From contig CAWGAV010000010.1 of assembly GCA_963820625.1 (NCBI GenBank), positions 83,915 to 147,914 on the forward strand: a DNA stretch of 64,000 bases, read 5' to 3'. Source of the DNA: an uncultured delta proteobacterium (lineage in GTDB: Bacteria > Desulfobacterota > BSN033 > UBA1163). Shown here piece after piece: positions 40,990 to 51,172 of the stretch (within the stretch, counting starts at the first letter, position 1; the number at the start of each line of letters is the position of its first letter). A program made the position numbers and the translations under genes. The notes beneath the pieces are model-generated. The model searched no databases. It was not told the DNA's origin and worked only from the letters and a program-made list of their open reading frames with translations.

Positions 40990-41196
40990 ATGGCTGAGAA
41001 GAAATTCAATAAGGATATGGTCATTGGAGATGTCTTGAAAGCGAATCCTGCAGCGATCAAGGTGATCGAAAAATATTTTGGCCAGGGCTGCTTCACCTGC
41101 CCCGGGATGAAAATGGAATCCATCTCGTTCGGAGCCATGATGCACAATATTGATCCGGAAGTGGTTGTGAAGGAACTGAATGCGTTAGAAGGCTAA
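40990..41196 (+). CDS. DUF1858 (hybrid-cluster-protein-associated redox disulfide) domain protein
   Basis: KDMVIGDVL..NP, GCFTCPG...ESI..GAMMH.ID. Confidence 0.82.
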   Translation: MAEKKFNKDMVIGDVLKANPAAIKVIEKYFGQGCFTCPGMKMESISFGAMMHNIDPEVVVKELNALEG

Positions 41197-41369
41197 ATGG
41201 ACAAAAACTTGACAAAGGATGGAGGAGCGTTTCCCTTCAAGGGCTTGAGGAGCGTTCTCCTTTGGAGAACTTAAGGTGAGAGGTTAGAAGCAAATTCTTT
41301 AAGCCTCAAACCTCAAACGAAGTGATCCTCAAACCTCGAGTGAAACGATCCTAAAATGAGGGTCTTTTT

Positions 41370-41708
41370 ATGGAACCCATTCATCTTTTTGAAAAGGCTG
41401 AGTTTTCTAAAGAAAATTTCATACCCAAACAACTCCATATCGGGGATGCAGGGGCGGCTGTCCTCATCTGCTTTGAACCTGGCCAGACCATGCCTCTTCA
41501 CCCTCATCCGGGTGCTTTGGAAGTAATCCTCTATGGGGTTGAAGGGGAAGGGACTTTAGCGATTGGGGATGAGGAGAAACCTTTTAAGAGGGGCGACCTT
41601 GTTTTCTGTAAAGGGGAAATTCCCGTCGGTCCCAAGAACACAAGCCAGGGAAGGTTTATGGTTCTGGTCATTTTAGTTCTGAAACAGCTGGTTTCCAAGG
41701 CAGGCTAA
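41370..41708 (+). CDS. Cupin-domain protein
   Basis: CFEPGQTMPLHPH...VEGEG. Confidence 0.8.
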   Translation: MEPIHLFEKAEFSKENFIPKQLHIGDAGAAVLICFEPGQTMPLHPHPGALEVILYGVEGEGTLAIGDEEKPFKRGDLVFCKGEIPVGPKNTSQGRFMVLVILVLKQLVSKAG

Positions 41709-41757
41709 AACCCTTTTCAATTTCGGATTTTGGATTTTTCAATCTGCGATCTGCAAT

Positions 41758-42678
41758 CTAAAATCTGAAATTTAAATTGAGCTTTTTATAAAGAAGACCG
41801 TATCTCACTCCATGGCAACTGATTAAGACAGAGTGACATTCGAGTTCCTCCATCGCCAGATAAAGGATCGCCCCTCCAGCTAAAATGACATCGGCCCTGG
41901 CAATGGGAAGACCGGGTATTTTTTTCCTCTCCTCAACGGTTTTAGATCGGTAAAGGAATAATTGGTTTCGCAAGGCTTCCTTTTTTAAAAGAAAATGGTG
42001 AATCTTTTCAGGTATAAATTCCTCCAAGCCTTGTTCAACAGAGGCTAAGGTCGTGGCCGTCCCCCCAACCGCTACCATTGATAATGGTTCCTGTGAATGA
42101 GGGATGTTGACAATTAATTCCCGAATTTTCCTCTCCATCTTCCCCCATTCTTCTTCTTGAACAGGATCTGATCGTAAAAACTGCTCTGTAAAACGGACTG
42201 ATCCGAGCGGGAGGCTTACCCATTGACTGATCTGACCGCCTTTGCCAAGGATGAATTCCGTGCTTCCTCCGCCTACATCGACCACAAGAATAGGTTCTTT
42301 TAGCTCCCCGAGGTCCTTCGCCACAGCTAAAAAGGAGAGTTGGGCTTCCTCTTCTCCAGAGATGACCTCAATGGAGAAGTTGAGTTTTTCTTTGACCAAT
42401 TTTAGGAAATCCTCGGAGTTTTTGGCTTCCCGGAGGGCACTTGTCCCCACTGCAAAGATTTTTTGAACCTCCGTCTCCTGACACCATTTCAAATATTGAG
42501 CCAATGTTTGAAGGCCTCTATCCATAGCCTCTATTAAAAGGAGTCCATTTTTTTGAACCCCCTCACCCAATCGAGCAACGGTTTCTATTTCCAAAAGGGG
42601 ATGAATTTCCCCTCCCTCCACCTTTGCAATGAGGAGAAGGATCGTGTTGGTCCCGATGTCGATGGAGGCAACCCTCAA
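41758..42678 (-). CDS. ppx: Ppx/GppA exopolyphosphatase; current start codon supplied by the integrated element
   Basis: ASIDIGTNT, RLGEG, TSALREA, GEEEA, DVGGGSTE, GGTATT, RADVI; TTG at 42678 (or 42717). Confidence 0.9.
   Translation of the reverse strand: MRVASIDIGTNTILLLIAKVEGGEIHPLLEIETVARLGEGVQKNGLLLIEAMDRGLQTLAQYLKWCQETEVQKIFAVGTSALREAKNSEDFLKLVKEKLNFSIEVISGEEEAQLSFLAVAKDLGELKEPILVVDVGGGSTEFILGKGGQISQWVSLPLGSVRFTEQFLRSDPVQEEEWGKMERKIRELIVNIPHSQEPLSMVAVGGTATTLASVEQGLEEFIPEKIHHFLLKKEALRNQLFLYRSKTVEERKKIPGLPIARADVILAGGAILYLAMEELECHSVLISCHGVRYGLLYKKLNLNFRF
42656..42676. repeat. att core, integrase-proximal copy
   Basis: ATGTCGATGGAGGCAACCCTC, identical to 61176-61196. Confidence 0.93.
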
Positions 42679-42703
42679 TATTTCTACCTTTAATTTTAAG
42701 TGG

Positions 42704-43753
42704 TTAGAGATTAGCAACGTTCGACTGTGCTATTTTTGTGCTATTCGACTGATCTAATCCCTCAACCGCATGGCGCAAGCTTTCAACATTGTGGTGAACA
42801 TACCGTGATGTCATCATCAATGTCTTGTGCCCCATCAACGCCTTGATTGTGAGTGCGTCCATTCCCTTTTGACTTAACCTCGTTCCAAAACTATGGCGTA
42901 AGTCATGGAAGTGTAAATCTTCTATCCCTGCCTTTTTGACACATTTGGGGAAGGCTCTCTCCAATGCCTGATTGAAGAGTTTGGATTTGGACAGTGGTGA
43001 ATGGAAGACCCACTCGCAGCCAATCACTCTGACCTTTCCCATCTCCTTAAGAAGACAATAAAGGGTCTCATTCATCGGAATCGTTCTCTTCTCGCCATTC
43101 TTTGATTCCATCACGATGATTGCTCTTCTCGGAAAGTCGACAGCCTTCCAAGAAAGATTAAGGATCTCCCCTCTGCGCATACCTGTATTCAATGCAAACA
43201 CAACGATCCTTCTCAACCATAATGGCGAACAAGCCAGTAGATTTGTTTCTTCCTCCACAGTTATCCAACGATCCCTTTTTGTGCTCCCCTTTTCTTGCTT
43301 GATAGAAGCCACTGGATTATGGTTTAACCAACGACATTCAGTTGCTAAACTAAACGCTCTCTTGAAAGCTGCAAGGTCGCGATTGATCGTTGCAGGTTTG
43401 CATCCTCTTTTTTCCCTTCTGTCCCTGAACTCTTCCCATAACCCGGACTCAATTTCAGAAAGCAAGTACTCACCGAAGAACTGCTTTAAGACCTTGGCAC
43501 TTGAGATATAAGCCTTCGATCTACAATTTTTTACGGAGTAACTGATTAACAGGTCCATAAGCTCATTGAAGGTCTTAGATTCACCGGGCGACTTCTCAAA
43601 CCATTTCCCTTCTGCAACCTCACCTTTCACCTTGTCCAAAATCCTTTGAGCTAATTTCCGATCATTTATCTCTGTCGATTTCCGATAATGCTTTCCCCGA
43701 CAGGTAAAACTCATCCACCAAACCGAGCCTCTTTTAAAAAGCCCCATTATCAA
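42704..43753 (-). CDS. Tyrosine integrase
   Basis: N-terminal arm-binding region (KRGSVWW...RKST), TGMRRGEI, SKNG, HDLRH, LMGH, TSRY; catalytic set intact. Confidence 0.95.
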   Translation of the reverse strand: MIMGLFKRGSVWWMSFTCRGKHYRKSTEINDRKLAQRILDKVKGEVAEGKWFEKSPGESKTFNELMDLLISYSVKNCRSKAYISSAKVLKQFFGEYLLSEIESGLWEEFRDRREKRGCKPATINRDLAAFKRAFSLATECRWLNHNPVASIKQEKGSTKRDRWITVEEETNLLACSPLWLRRIVVFALNTGMRRGEILNLSWKAVDFPRRAIIVMESKNGEKRTIPMNETLYCLLKEMGKVRVIGCEWVFHSPLSKSKLFNQALERAFPKCVKKAGIEDLHFHDLRHSFGTRLSQKGMDALTIKALMGHKTLMMTSRYVHHNVESLRHAVEGLDQSNSTKIAQSNVANL

Positions 43754-43774
43754 TCACCTTCCTTTCTGAGGCCC

Positions 43775-44095
43775 CTAATTCTTCAGTTTGGTTCTCCCAT
43801 GATCGGGAGTATACGCTAAGTTCTTTACCTGTTCAACAGATTTTTTCACGACCTGGTCAATATCTAAACCATTCTTTTTTGTAACTCTTAAAATGGCCTT
43901 AGCTCTCTGGTTCACCCCTTCGGTATCTTGCCTGTGGTTTTCTACCCATGCTTCAATATCTCCCTGCCGAAACCGCACCAACCTGCCAAATTTGTAGCAT
44001 GGGATCTCTCTTGCTTCCACTTTGCTGTACAACGTGGCTGGTTTGATGTGGAGGTATTCAGAAACCTCCTGAATGGTCAAAAAATTGCTATCCAT
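43775..44095 (-). CDS. Excisionase/AlpA-type HTH protein
   Basis: LTIQEVSEYLHIKPATLY...IPCYKFGRLVRF..DIEAW; next to the integrase. Confidence 0.88.
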   Translation of the reverse strand: MDSNFLTIQEVSEYLHIKPATLYSKVEAREIPCYKFGRLVRFRQGDIEAWVENHRQDTEGVNQRAKAILRVTKKNGLDIDQVVKKSVEQVKNLAYTPDHGRTKLKN

Positions 44096-44360
44096 AGGCT
44101 CTTTCTTGAATTTGGATGGTTTGGGATAGGGTTGAACCGATCTCTCGTCCTACGATTGATTTTCCATACTCAAGTTTGAGTTTCAAGGGAAAAATAGGGG
44201 ATCTACGACCTCCGATTCCTTTCCGGGCTGGATTTCTTCCCAAACGATAGGTGAAGAGGACACATTCTATCGCTTGACAGGTTCTTACTTCCTTTTTGGA
44301 TCCAGCACATTCAATGCACTTTTCGCGGATTGCCCTTAATGGAGTCAAGCTTCTTTGCAT
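44088..44360 (-). CDS. Phage-type Cys-rich small protein
   Basis: AIREKCIECAGS..EV..C....CVLFTYRLG, a pattern common in phage hypotheticals. Confidence 0.7.
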   Translation of the reverse strand: MQRSLTPLRAIREKCIECAGSKKEVRTCQAIECVLFTYRLGRNPARKGIGGRRSPIFPLKLKLEYGKSIVGREIGSTLSQTIQIQERAYG

Positions 44361-44515
44361 AACCTAAAACTTCCATTTACCAAATCTCTTCGTTCAAGAA
44401 CCTGACAACAAATCTAAACCATGAAACGGGGTCCCATAGCCCCAGGTGCCTAATCCCGGGGCCATGGGCTAACAACCCGTAAGAATAGAGGTCGCCCCGC
44501 ATTGTCTTGTTTCTT

Positions 44516-44686
44516 CTATTGACCCTTGGCCCGATAAATTCCTTCAACCTGCCTCTCTTCAAAGGCCGTTATTTTTTCGGGTTGTTCAATCTTACCCCTG
44601 ACCCGCTCAATAATTTTTTTTTCAAGTTTGTTAAACCTCTTACCATCAAGCCCGGATAAGACCCAATCTAACCTATCTTTTCTCAT
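44516..44686 (-). CDS. 56-aa hypothetical (MRKDRLDWVL...YRAKGQ)
   Basis: Hand-translated; ATGA overlap with the stop of 44683-45033. Confidence 0.55.
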   Translation of the reverse strand: MRKDRLDWVLSGLDGKRFNKLEKKIIERVRGKIEQPEKITAFEERQVEGIYRAKGQ

Positions 44687-45033
44687 CCCTTCGTCTTGCC
44701 TCTGTTAAATGTATTCTTTAGAGAAGCTACGCATTGCATCAGTGGCGTAACGAGAGATTTTTCGATTTCTTCAACTAACAGTCTGCATCCCTCACCAGTT
44801 TCTTTAAGCCTTAATCTGATGTGTGCCAAATTTTTGATTACCTTCCGGACCTGTTTTATTAATGGTTTTGAAAAATTTGAATCAATTTCAGAATACCGTT
44901 TTTCTATTTTGTTAAGACCCTCGCATGTAAGTTTGATCTCGGATTGATACGTCTTAAGAGCCTCAGCCCCCTTTGTCAAATGCGAAATCACATGTTCAAT
45001 ATCTTCAAATTCCGCAAATAAATTTGTCTCCAT
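44683..45033 (-). CDS. Helical/coiled-coil hypothetical protein
   Basis: GGAGG RBS directly after the TMP stop; heptad-like pattern. Confidence 0.6.
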   Translation of the reverse strand: METNLFAEFEDIEHVISHLTKGAEALKTYQSEIKLTCEGLNKIEKRYSEIDSNFSKPLIKQVRKVIKNLAHIRLRLKETGEGCRLLVEEIEKSLVTPLMQCVASLKNTFNRGKTKG

Positions 45034-45045
45034 CCCGACCTCCGT

Positions 45046-48000
45046 TTATCGATCCACTAAAAGTGTTTTGCGCATTTCGGCGTTTCTGTTATAGTTTGAA
45101 CAAACTGGATTAATAATAAGATTCGGGTTATCGGCAATACCTTGAGCCAAGACATCGGTGGGATCTAAAATATTCATAATCCTGATCTCGATAGGTTGCT
45201 TTTCTTTCTTTTCCGGCATCTGTCCGGTCTGGTTCATATAGTCCAAGCGTTCCCGTCCGATACTTTGAGCCGCTTCTCTTCTCAGTACATATTCATTGCT
45301 TAGAAGTTTGGCTATTACCTCATCACGCCGTAAACCACCCTCATGCATTTTAACAACAGGACCGCCAGTATGGATTTTCATGGCTGGTCCCAAAACGCTG
45401 CCTGGCGAAAGATCAATCTGGGGAATAGAAGGACTAAAAAGATTTGCAATAACCTTAAATATTGAACCTAATAAACCAGTCGAACCCCCTGAAGAACTTT
45501 TGATCCGCAGCATTCCTTTCAAGTAGTCCATCACCATTGTCGCCATCATATCCGACCATGTTTTAGCAATGGCATTGGCAAAAGACTGGAAGTAATCTTT
45601 GAAACTTTTTAATTGGCCAGTTAGAAGATCACTAAAAACAGTAGAGATGGTAGTTTCAACACTCTTCAACCAATCCAACATAACTTTTTTACCATCGTCA
45701 AATTTTGCTTTAATCTTGTCCCAATACTCCGTCCAACCAGCGGCCATTCCCTCCCATATACTTAACTGTGAATCCTCAAATCTTCTCGCTTCCTGATTGG
45801 CCTTACTTACACTGTCGGTTAATTTATCGAAGTCCTGCCGTAATTGAGATAGGGCGGCCTCTACTTCGGGACTTTCTTTCATCCCCTCCAGAAGTTCAAT
45901 TCTATATGCAATAACTTTTTTAGTTGCCTCATCCATACTGATAGCAACCAGATCAAGTCGGTATTTCAGATATTTCCCGTATTCAGATCCTCTTTCAGCA
46001 TCCGACATGGCATCATATTCATCCTGAAGGGCTTTTCTTTCTTCTCTTAAATATCGAGTATCTTTCTCGATTTTTGTCTTCATTTCTATGTCTGTACCCT
46101 TAAGAACAATATCAGTCCGTTTCCGTTGCCCCTCCAATGTGATAGCGTCCATTTTAGTTTTAAAGATTGTAATAAGAGCATCCATATCAGCATTAAGGTC
46201 TTTTTCGGCTTCCGGTCCCAACCCCTCATACTGTTTGAGTATGGTATGTATCTGTGTAGCAAGATCCTCATTTGCTTTTAGGATAGCAAGATTCGTCAGT
46301 TCATCCTGTGCCAATAATTTGTCATCCATATCCTTGGCAGTATCTAATTGAGCCTTGCCCAATTCCTCCATGGCTTGGATTTGACGGATACGTCTTTGTT
46401 CACTCAAGTTATCCAGTTTTTCATCATACACCTTGTTTCTCTCAATCTCTTCTTGTTTCAGCTTGTCAATGCCACTGAAGTATTTATTCCGTGCCTGATC
46501 CTGTAAGTTCTTCCCCTCGGCTGGCGTGTATTTACCCGTACCAACCTCTAAGCGAATCCTCTCCATCTCCTTTTGCCATTCAATCAGTTCAAGGAGCATT
46601 TTGGTATTGGTTTCTTTTTGGATTCGTAACCTCATATTGGCTTCACGACCATCCAGGGCCAGAGTGTCTCGTAAACCCGCCTCTTCAATTTTTAGTTCTT
46701 CCTGCACTATCGCATAGGCTGCTTTGGCCCTAAATGCCCGCATTTCTCTGTCATAGTCTTCCTGTACTTTGGCCCTACCCTTGGCAGCTTCTGCGGCAGC
46801 CAGTTTTCCCGCTTCGGTATCCGCATAACCCTTCTCTGGAAATTTTTGCATACCCTCTTGGTATTTAAGTTTTATCTTTTCCTCTTCATCTGCTAATGCC
46901 TTCCGCATCTCAAAGAGATAAGTCCGCATCGCACCGAGGCGAGCCTTCATGTTTTCCTCGACCGTTTGTGCAGCAGCATCCTGTTCTTCCTGGAGGGCCT
47001 GTCTTAATGCTCGTGCGGCACGTTGAATATCTTCTGTTTTCCAGTTTTTTCCAGTCAGGGTATCCCAAAGGACCTCTTCGGCTGTACGAGCCTCATCCCC
47101 CATTCCCTTGAACGATCTCCCAACATCATTAATCGATTGTTGAACTTTAAGAAGAGATTCTCTATGTGAAAGTTCCGCGTCTTTTGCTTTTTTTGCCCCT
47201 GCTTCAGCCTGCCAAGCCAACTCGGGATTCTGAGACAACTCACCAAACTGCGCTTGCAAGCGAATCGATTCTTTTACTTTTTCGTTCAAACTATCGAATT
47301 GATCCAACATCACTTTGAGGCGGTCAATCTTCAGGTCTTGAATCTTTTTGTATATTTCGTCAATTTCGGTAATGACCCTTGCTTTAAATTCAGTATGTGT
47401 CATTCCGACTTGATTAACCATACTCCTTAAATCCTTATATTCCCCACTTAAATTATTAACAGCATCCTTGATCTCGGTCTCTCCAGTTTTGACATTGTTT
47501 AGTTTGATCCGAAGACTTTCTAACTCTTGCACCTGTTGAGCATAGAGCATGACTTCCTTATCAATGGTTTTAATATGGTCCTCATGGGAAGTATGTAAAG
47601 CATCAATGGAGAGTTTGACGGCAGTAAAGGCAACCGCAAGTATACTAAGTGCCGCTATAATAGGATGTGCCTGTAACCAAACCAATGCTAAACCAAATCG
47701 AGTAGCTGCAGTAGTTAGTAAATCAAAATGGTTCACTAACAAAATCATTCCACCAATGACACCACCACCTATAAAAACCGGCCAAAGCGTTTTAAACGTT
47801 TCTACCAATCCACCAACGCCCTTAAGAAGTAGATTGAAAGACGGAATAACTATGTCACTAATACTCAACGCCATATCTAAGAGTCTTGTTTTAAAAATAT
47901 GCAGTTGGTTCATCGGGCCTTCCATGGCCCGTTCATTCATCACCAACATCGCATTAGTGCCAGTTAGAGCATCGGTCATACGTTGCAGGGCTGCGGGTCC

Positions 48001-50496
48001 CATGTCTTTTAAAGATGCGAAGACACCAGCTTGGCGTTTCTCCAGACCTTCAAAGATAGAAGTAAGATCAAAACCTTTTTTCTCAAGTAGGCCCAGAATG
48101 TCAATAAGGTTGTGCCCGGGCATACGGATATCTTCAAAATCAACCTTAATCGCATCCAGTTGTTTCAGGAAATTTGCACTTGGAGCAATCAACTGTCCAA
48201 GGATGCCCCTTAATCCTGTTCCTATCGTGGAAGCTCTAAGACCAGCATTACTCAAAACTGCCAGTGTCGCCGCCGTCTGCTCGATACTCATCCCGACCTG
48301 TTTTGCGGTAGCAGCCACATAGTTAAAGGAGGTAGCAAGGTCATTAATCTCCAATTTGGAGTAGTTCAAAGCCGCAGCGAGTACGTTGCCAATACGGGTT
48401 GATTCTTGAGCCGATAACTTCCAAACGTTCATAGCAGTTGTCAAAACCTTAACAGCCTCTTGAGAACTTGCCCCTGTAGATGTTACAAGCATTGCTACAG
48501 TCTTTAGGGCTTCAGCCGACTCCTTAGCGGTAAGACCAGCCTGACCTAAGATTTTAAGGGCATCAGCAGCCTCAATAAAGCCCATCTTGGTCGAAGTAGC
48601 AACATCCCGTGCTGCCTTTTCCAATATCTTCATATCGCCAGCAGAGGCATTAGTAATAGCCCCCACGTCTATAATGGCTTGACTGAACTTGAACATAGTG
48701 CCGATCGCTTCACTAAATGCCTGCTGGATCTTAAAGACCGTGCCAAAGATTAAGGCCCCGCCAAGTAACCACGCCATTTGGGATTTCAACATATCCGTAA
48801 AGCCAGCACCCCATCTATCCATGGCACGTGCGGCATCAGCTGACCGTTTCGTAAACTGAGTGGCCTGAAACTGAACGACACCCAAAGACTCTCCGGTAGA
48901 CTTCATGGCAGCATTCATCTCTGCCGTGGCTTTGCCTGTTATGGCAAACTCTTGCCGAATGAGTTTCATCCGCTCGGTCAGCAAAGCCTGTAATTTCTCT
49001 AACTCCAAGGTACCCAATCCCAACTGTTTCAGACTCTTTCTGTTAAGTTCTATCCCGCCAGTGAACTGGTTGATCTCTGCATTGGTCTTGGCAAGTCCCG
49101 TCTGAAGTGCCTGTAACTGAACCGTCTCTCCCTGCTTCGCCAGTTCTTTTAATCGTGCCGTTAGGCCATAGATAGCCTGATCGAAGTCTTTTACATTGGT
49201 AGCCGGAAGACCTTTGGCTTGTAGTACTTCAGCTTCCTTCATGGCCTTTCCGGTCTTTTCGATATCGCCACGAAGTTTATCCCAATCCTGTGCCATCTCC
49301 CGAGCAACAGACTGAGACCCTAACCGAGCAATCCTACTGGTCAGATCGGTAATTTCAGAGTTTATGGTTTGGGCAATACTCGATAGGCGTGTAAATTCGT
49401 CGGGGTTGAGGAAAGCCTTAATCTGTATAGTTTGTAATTTCTGTTGGAACTGTGAGACTACCGTACCAGCAAGTTGAATCTTTCCGATCAGGGCATCCCA
49501 TTCGCCACCACCGCCCCCGAGGCCACCTGTACCTCCTGCACCAGTAACCTCAGAGGATTTAATCTTTTCGTACTGGTCCGCAATCTGTTTGGTAATGGCA
49601 AGGATTTTCTCTTTATCACTAATAGAAGAAAGGATAATGTCTTTTATTGATTGCTCATCCTTGACAATTTTACCAAGGATGGTATCAAGTTCTTGGTTTA
49701 GAACTTTTCTCCCCTCTTCGGTCTTTATGAGTTCGTCAAGGTACTGCTTCATGGACTGAAGTTTCTTTTCGTCAACACCTTCAGCCAGTAGTCCACGGCT
49801 TAATAGTTCTTTTGTAATACCGACAAATTCAGCTACCTTCTCCCGGGCAACAGTTTCTTCCCTTACCCTTTGTGCTATTAGTTCAGATGTGGCTAAACGG
49901 GCTTGCTCAAAGGCTCCCATCTGACCGATTAGGCCGACCATCTGCTGATAGACAGCACGTTGTTGGTCAAGATATCCGGTAATCTTTGCCTGGCGTTCAG
50001 CTTGAACTACTTCTTGGGGGGCTGTTTGTTCAGTGGTTAAATCAATGGCTCTTTTTGCTTCGGGAAATACACCCTTAGCAGTCATTTTACCCCAGTCCAC
50101 AACCGGATTCTCACCAGCCCTTAATTGAGAAATCCATCCTTCAAGTTTTGTAAATTCGGCCTTGAGTTTTGTAATCTGTCCACTAATCTCCGAATTCATC
50201 TTCTCAAATTCGGCTACAGACTTAGTACGGGCATCTTTGAAGGTGCCTACGAGTTTCTCGGAGATTCCAGTGGTGTCAAAGGCTCTGGCTAAGTTAAGAA
50301 CTGGTGTATCAGACACCATCTTGTAAAAACTGGCAACGGTGACGGCAAGTCCTTTGAAGACATTCTGGATTTGCAAAAGGGCGGGTTTGAATTTTTCTTG
50401 GAACTGCTTAATCGAATCTTCTACATTTTTCCCGAAGTCAGAATTTATCTTACTGACGAATTGTATGCCAAGTTGTTCTATAACGGTATCACCCAT
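45046..50496 (-). CDS. Phage tail tape-measure protein (TP901-like core, lambda-like C-terminus), ~1816 aa
   Basis: Long helical protein; core AARDVATSTKMG..EAADALKILGQAGL...LSNAGLRASTIGTGLR; hydrophobic segments; C-terminal LTGQLKSFKDYFQS and HTGG...HEGG..DEV..L...EYVL; AAGGAG RBS favours start 50496 (track gives 50514). Confidence 0.9.
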   Translation of the reverse strand: MGDTVIEQLGIQFVSKINSDFGKNVEDSIKQFQEKFKPALLQIQNVFKGLAVTVASFYKMVSDTPVLNLARAFDTTGISEKLVGTFKDARTKSVAEFEKMNSEISGQITKLKAEFTKLEGWISQLRAGENPVVDWGKMTAKGVFPEAKRAIDLTTEQTAPQEVVQAERQAKITGYLDQQRAVYQQMVGLIGQMGAFEQARLATSELIAQRVREETVAREKVAEFVGITKELLSRGLLAEGVDEKKLQSMKQYLDELIKTEEGRKVLNQELDTILGKIVKDEQSIKDIILSSISDKEKILAITKQIADQYEKIKSSEVTGAGGTGGLGGGGGEWDALIGKIQLAGTVVSQFQQKLQTIQIKAFLNPDEFTRLSSIAQTINSEITDLTSRIARLGSQSVAREMAQDWDKLRGDIEKTGKAMKEAEVLQAKGLPATNVKDFDQAIYGLTARLKELAKQGETVQLQALQTGLAKTNAEINQFTGGIELNRKSLKQLGLGTLELEKLQALLTERMKLIRQEFAITGKATAEMNAAMKSTGESLGVVQFQATQFTKRSADAARAMDRWGAGFTDMLKSQMAWLLGGALIFGTVFKIQQAFSEAIGTMFKFSQAIIDVGAITNASAGDMKILEKAARDVATSTKMGFIEAADALKILGQAGLTAKESAEALKTVAMLVTSTGASSQEAVKVLTTAMNVWKLSAQESTRIGNVLAAALNYSKLEINDLATSFNYVAATAKQVGMSIEQTAATLAVLSNAGLRASTIGTGLRGILGQLIAPSANFLKQLDAIKVDFEDIRMPGHNLIDILGLLEKKGFDLTSIFEGLEKRQAGVFASLKDMGPAALQRMTDALTGTNAMLVMNERAMEGPMNQLHIFKTRLLDMALSISDIVIPSFNLLLKGVGGLVETFKTLWPVFIGGGVIGGMILLVNHFDLLTTAATRFGLALVWLQAHPIIAALSILAVAFTAVKLSIDALHTSHEDHIKTIDKEVMLYAQQVQELESLRIKLNNVKTGETEIKDAVNNLSGEYKDLRSMVNQVGMTHTEFKARVITEIDEIYKKIQDLKIDRLKVMLDQFDSLNEKVKESIRLQAQFGELSQNPELAWQAEAGAKKAKDAELSHRESLLKVQQSINDVGRSFKGMGDEARTAEEVLWDTLTGKNWKTEDIQRAARALRQALQEEQDAAAQTVEENMKARLGAMRTYLFEMRKALADEEEKIKLKYQEGMQKFPEKGYADTEAGKLAAAEAAKGRAKVQEDYDREMRAFRAKAAYAIVQEELKIEEAGLRDTLALDGREANMRLRIQKETNTKMLLELIEWQKEMERIRLEVGTGKYTPAEGKNLQDQARNKYFSGIDKLKQEEIERNKVYDEKLDNLSEQRRIRQIQAMEELGKAQLDTAKDMDDKLLAQDELTNLAILKANEDLATQIHTILKQYEGLGPEAEKDLNADMDALITIFKTKMDAITLEGQRKRTDIVLKGTDIEMKTKIEKDTRYLREERKALQDEYDAMSDAERGSEYGKYLKYRLDLVAISMDEATKKVIAYRIELLEGMKESPEVEAALSQLRQDFDKLTDSVSKANQEARRFEDSQLSIWEGMAAGWTEYWDKIKAKFDDGKKVMLDWLKSVETTISTVFSDLLTGQLKSFKDYFQSFANAIAKTWSDMMATMVMDYLKGMLRIKSSSGGSTGLLGSIFKVIANLFSPSIPQIDLSPGSVLGPAMKIHTGGPVVKMHEGGLRRDEVIAKLLSNEYVLRREAAQSIGRERLDYMNQTGQMPEKKEKQPIEIRIMNILDPTDVLAQGIADNPNLIINPVCSNYNRNAEMRKTLLVDR

Positions 50497-50677
50497 TAAC
50501 TGTTCTCCTTCCATGCTCCAAGAATTTTATATTCCGCCTTGTCAATCCGTTTAATACCTTTAGCCTCAATCCGCATCGATATCGCTTTCGTTATTGCCTA
50601 ATTCCTGATTATTTTGGTAATATTGCTTTAGATATCGCATAGATTATGCAGCCCCAAAAAATACCAAGGAGAAAAGA

Positions 50678-51151
50678 ATGATAGTAACGGGAATTTTTAC
50701 TTTGGCTACCCTGCTTGCTATCTTGATTGCTGCTTTCATGGGTCATCTCCTCACAAAAAGTCGTGAGAATAAGAAAAGGTTTATCGAAGCTTACGAAGCC
50801 TTCAGGGAAGTATTTCTCCCCGCAATCCAGGATCTTGGGAAAGACCTTAGAGACAACGATATTACACGATCCAGTATTCTCCCCTCTGAGTTCCCCAAAC
50901 ATGAAATTGCTATGGCTAAATTTGTCCCAAACCTGAAGGGCCGCAGGCGAATTCGCTTTGACGAGAAATGGAAGGAATATCAAACAAAGTACGAAGAGTA
51001 TGAAAAAGATGGTGTATTTACACGTTCTCTTTATTTCATCGGGATTAATCAAGTTGGATTTAACGAGGAGAGACATAAGGTTAGTCAAATACATAAGAAA
51101 GAGATGCTTAATCTTATTCACGACATTCTTAAAATTGCAAAAAATCATTGA
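50678..51151 (+). CDS. Membrane-anchored hypothetical protein, opposite orientation to the element core
   Basis: N-terminal TM helix then charged helical domain; AAGGAG RBS. Confidence 0.65.
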   Translation: MIVTGIFTLATLLAILIAAFMGHLLTKSRENKKRFIEAYEAFREVFLPAIQDLGKDLRDNDITRSSILPSEFPKHEIAMAKFVPNLKGRRRIRFDEKWKEYQTKYEEYEKDGVFTRSLYFIGINQVGFNEERHKVSQIHKKEMLNLIHDILKIAKNH

Positions 51152-51172
51152 AGTTCCCTGAGACCCCCAGAC

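Noticed and set aside
50609-51148. 179-aa minus-strand ORF as a tail-assembly chaperone
   Set aside because: Fully overlaps the plus-strand ORF, which has the better RBS and more protein-like composition.
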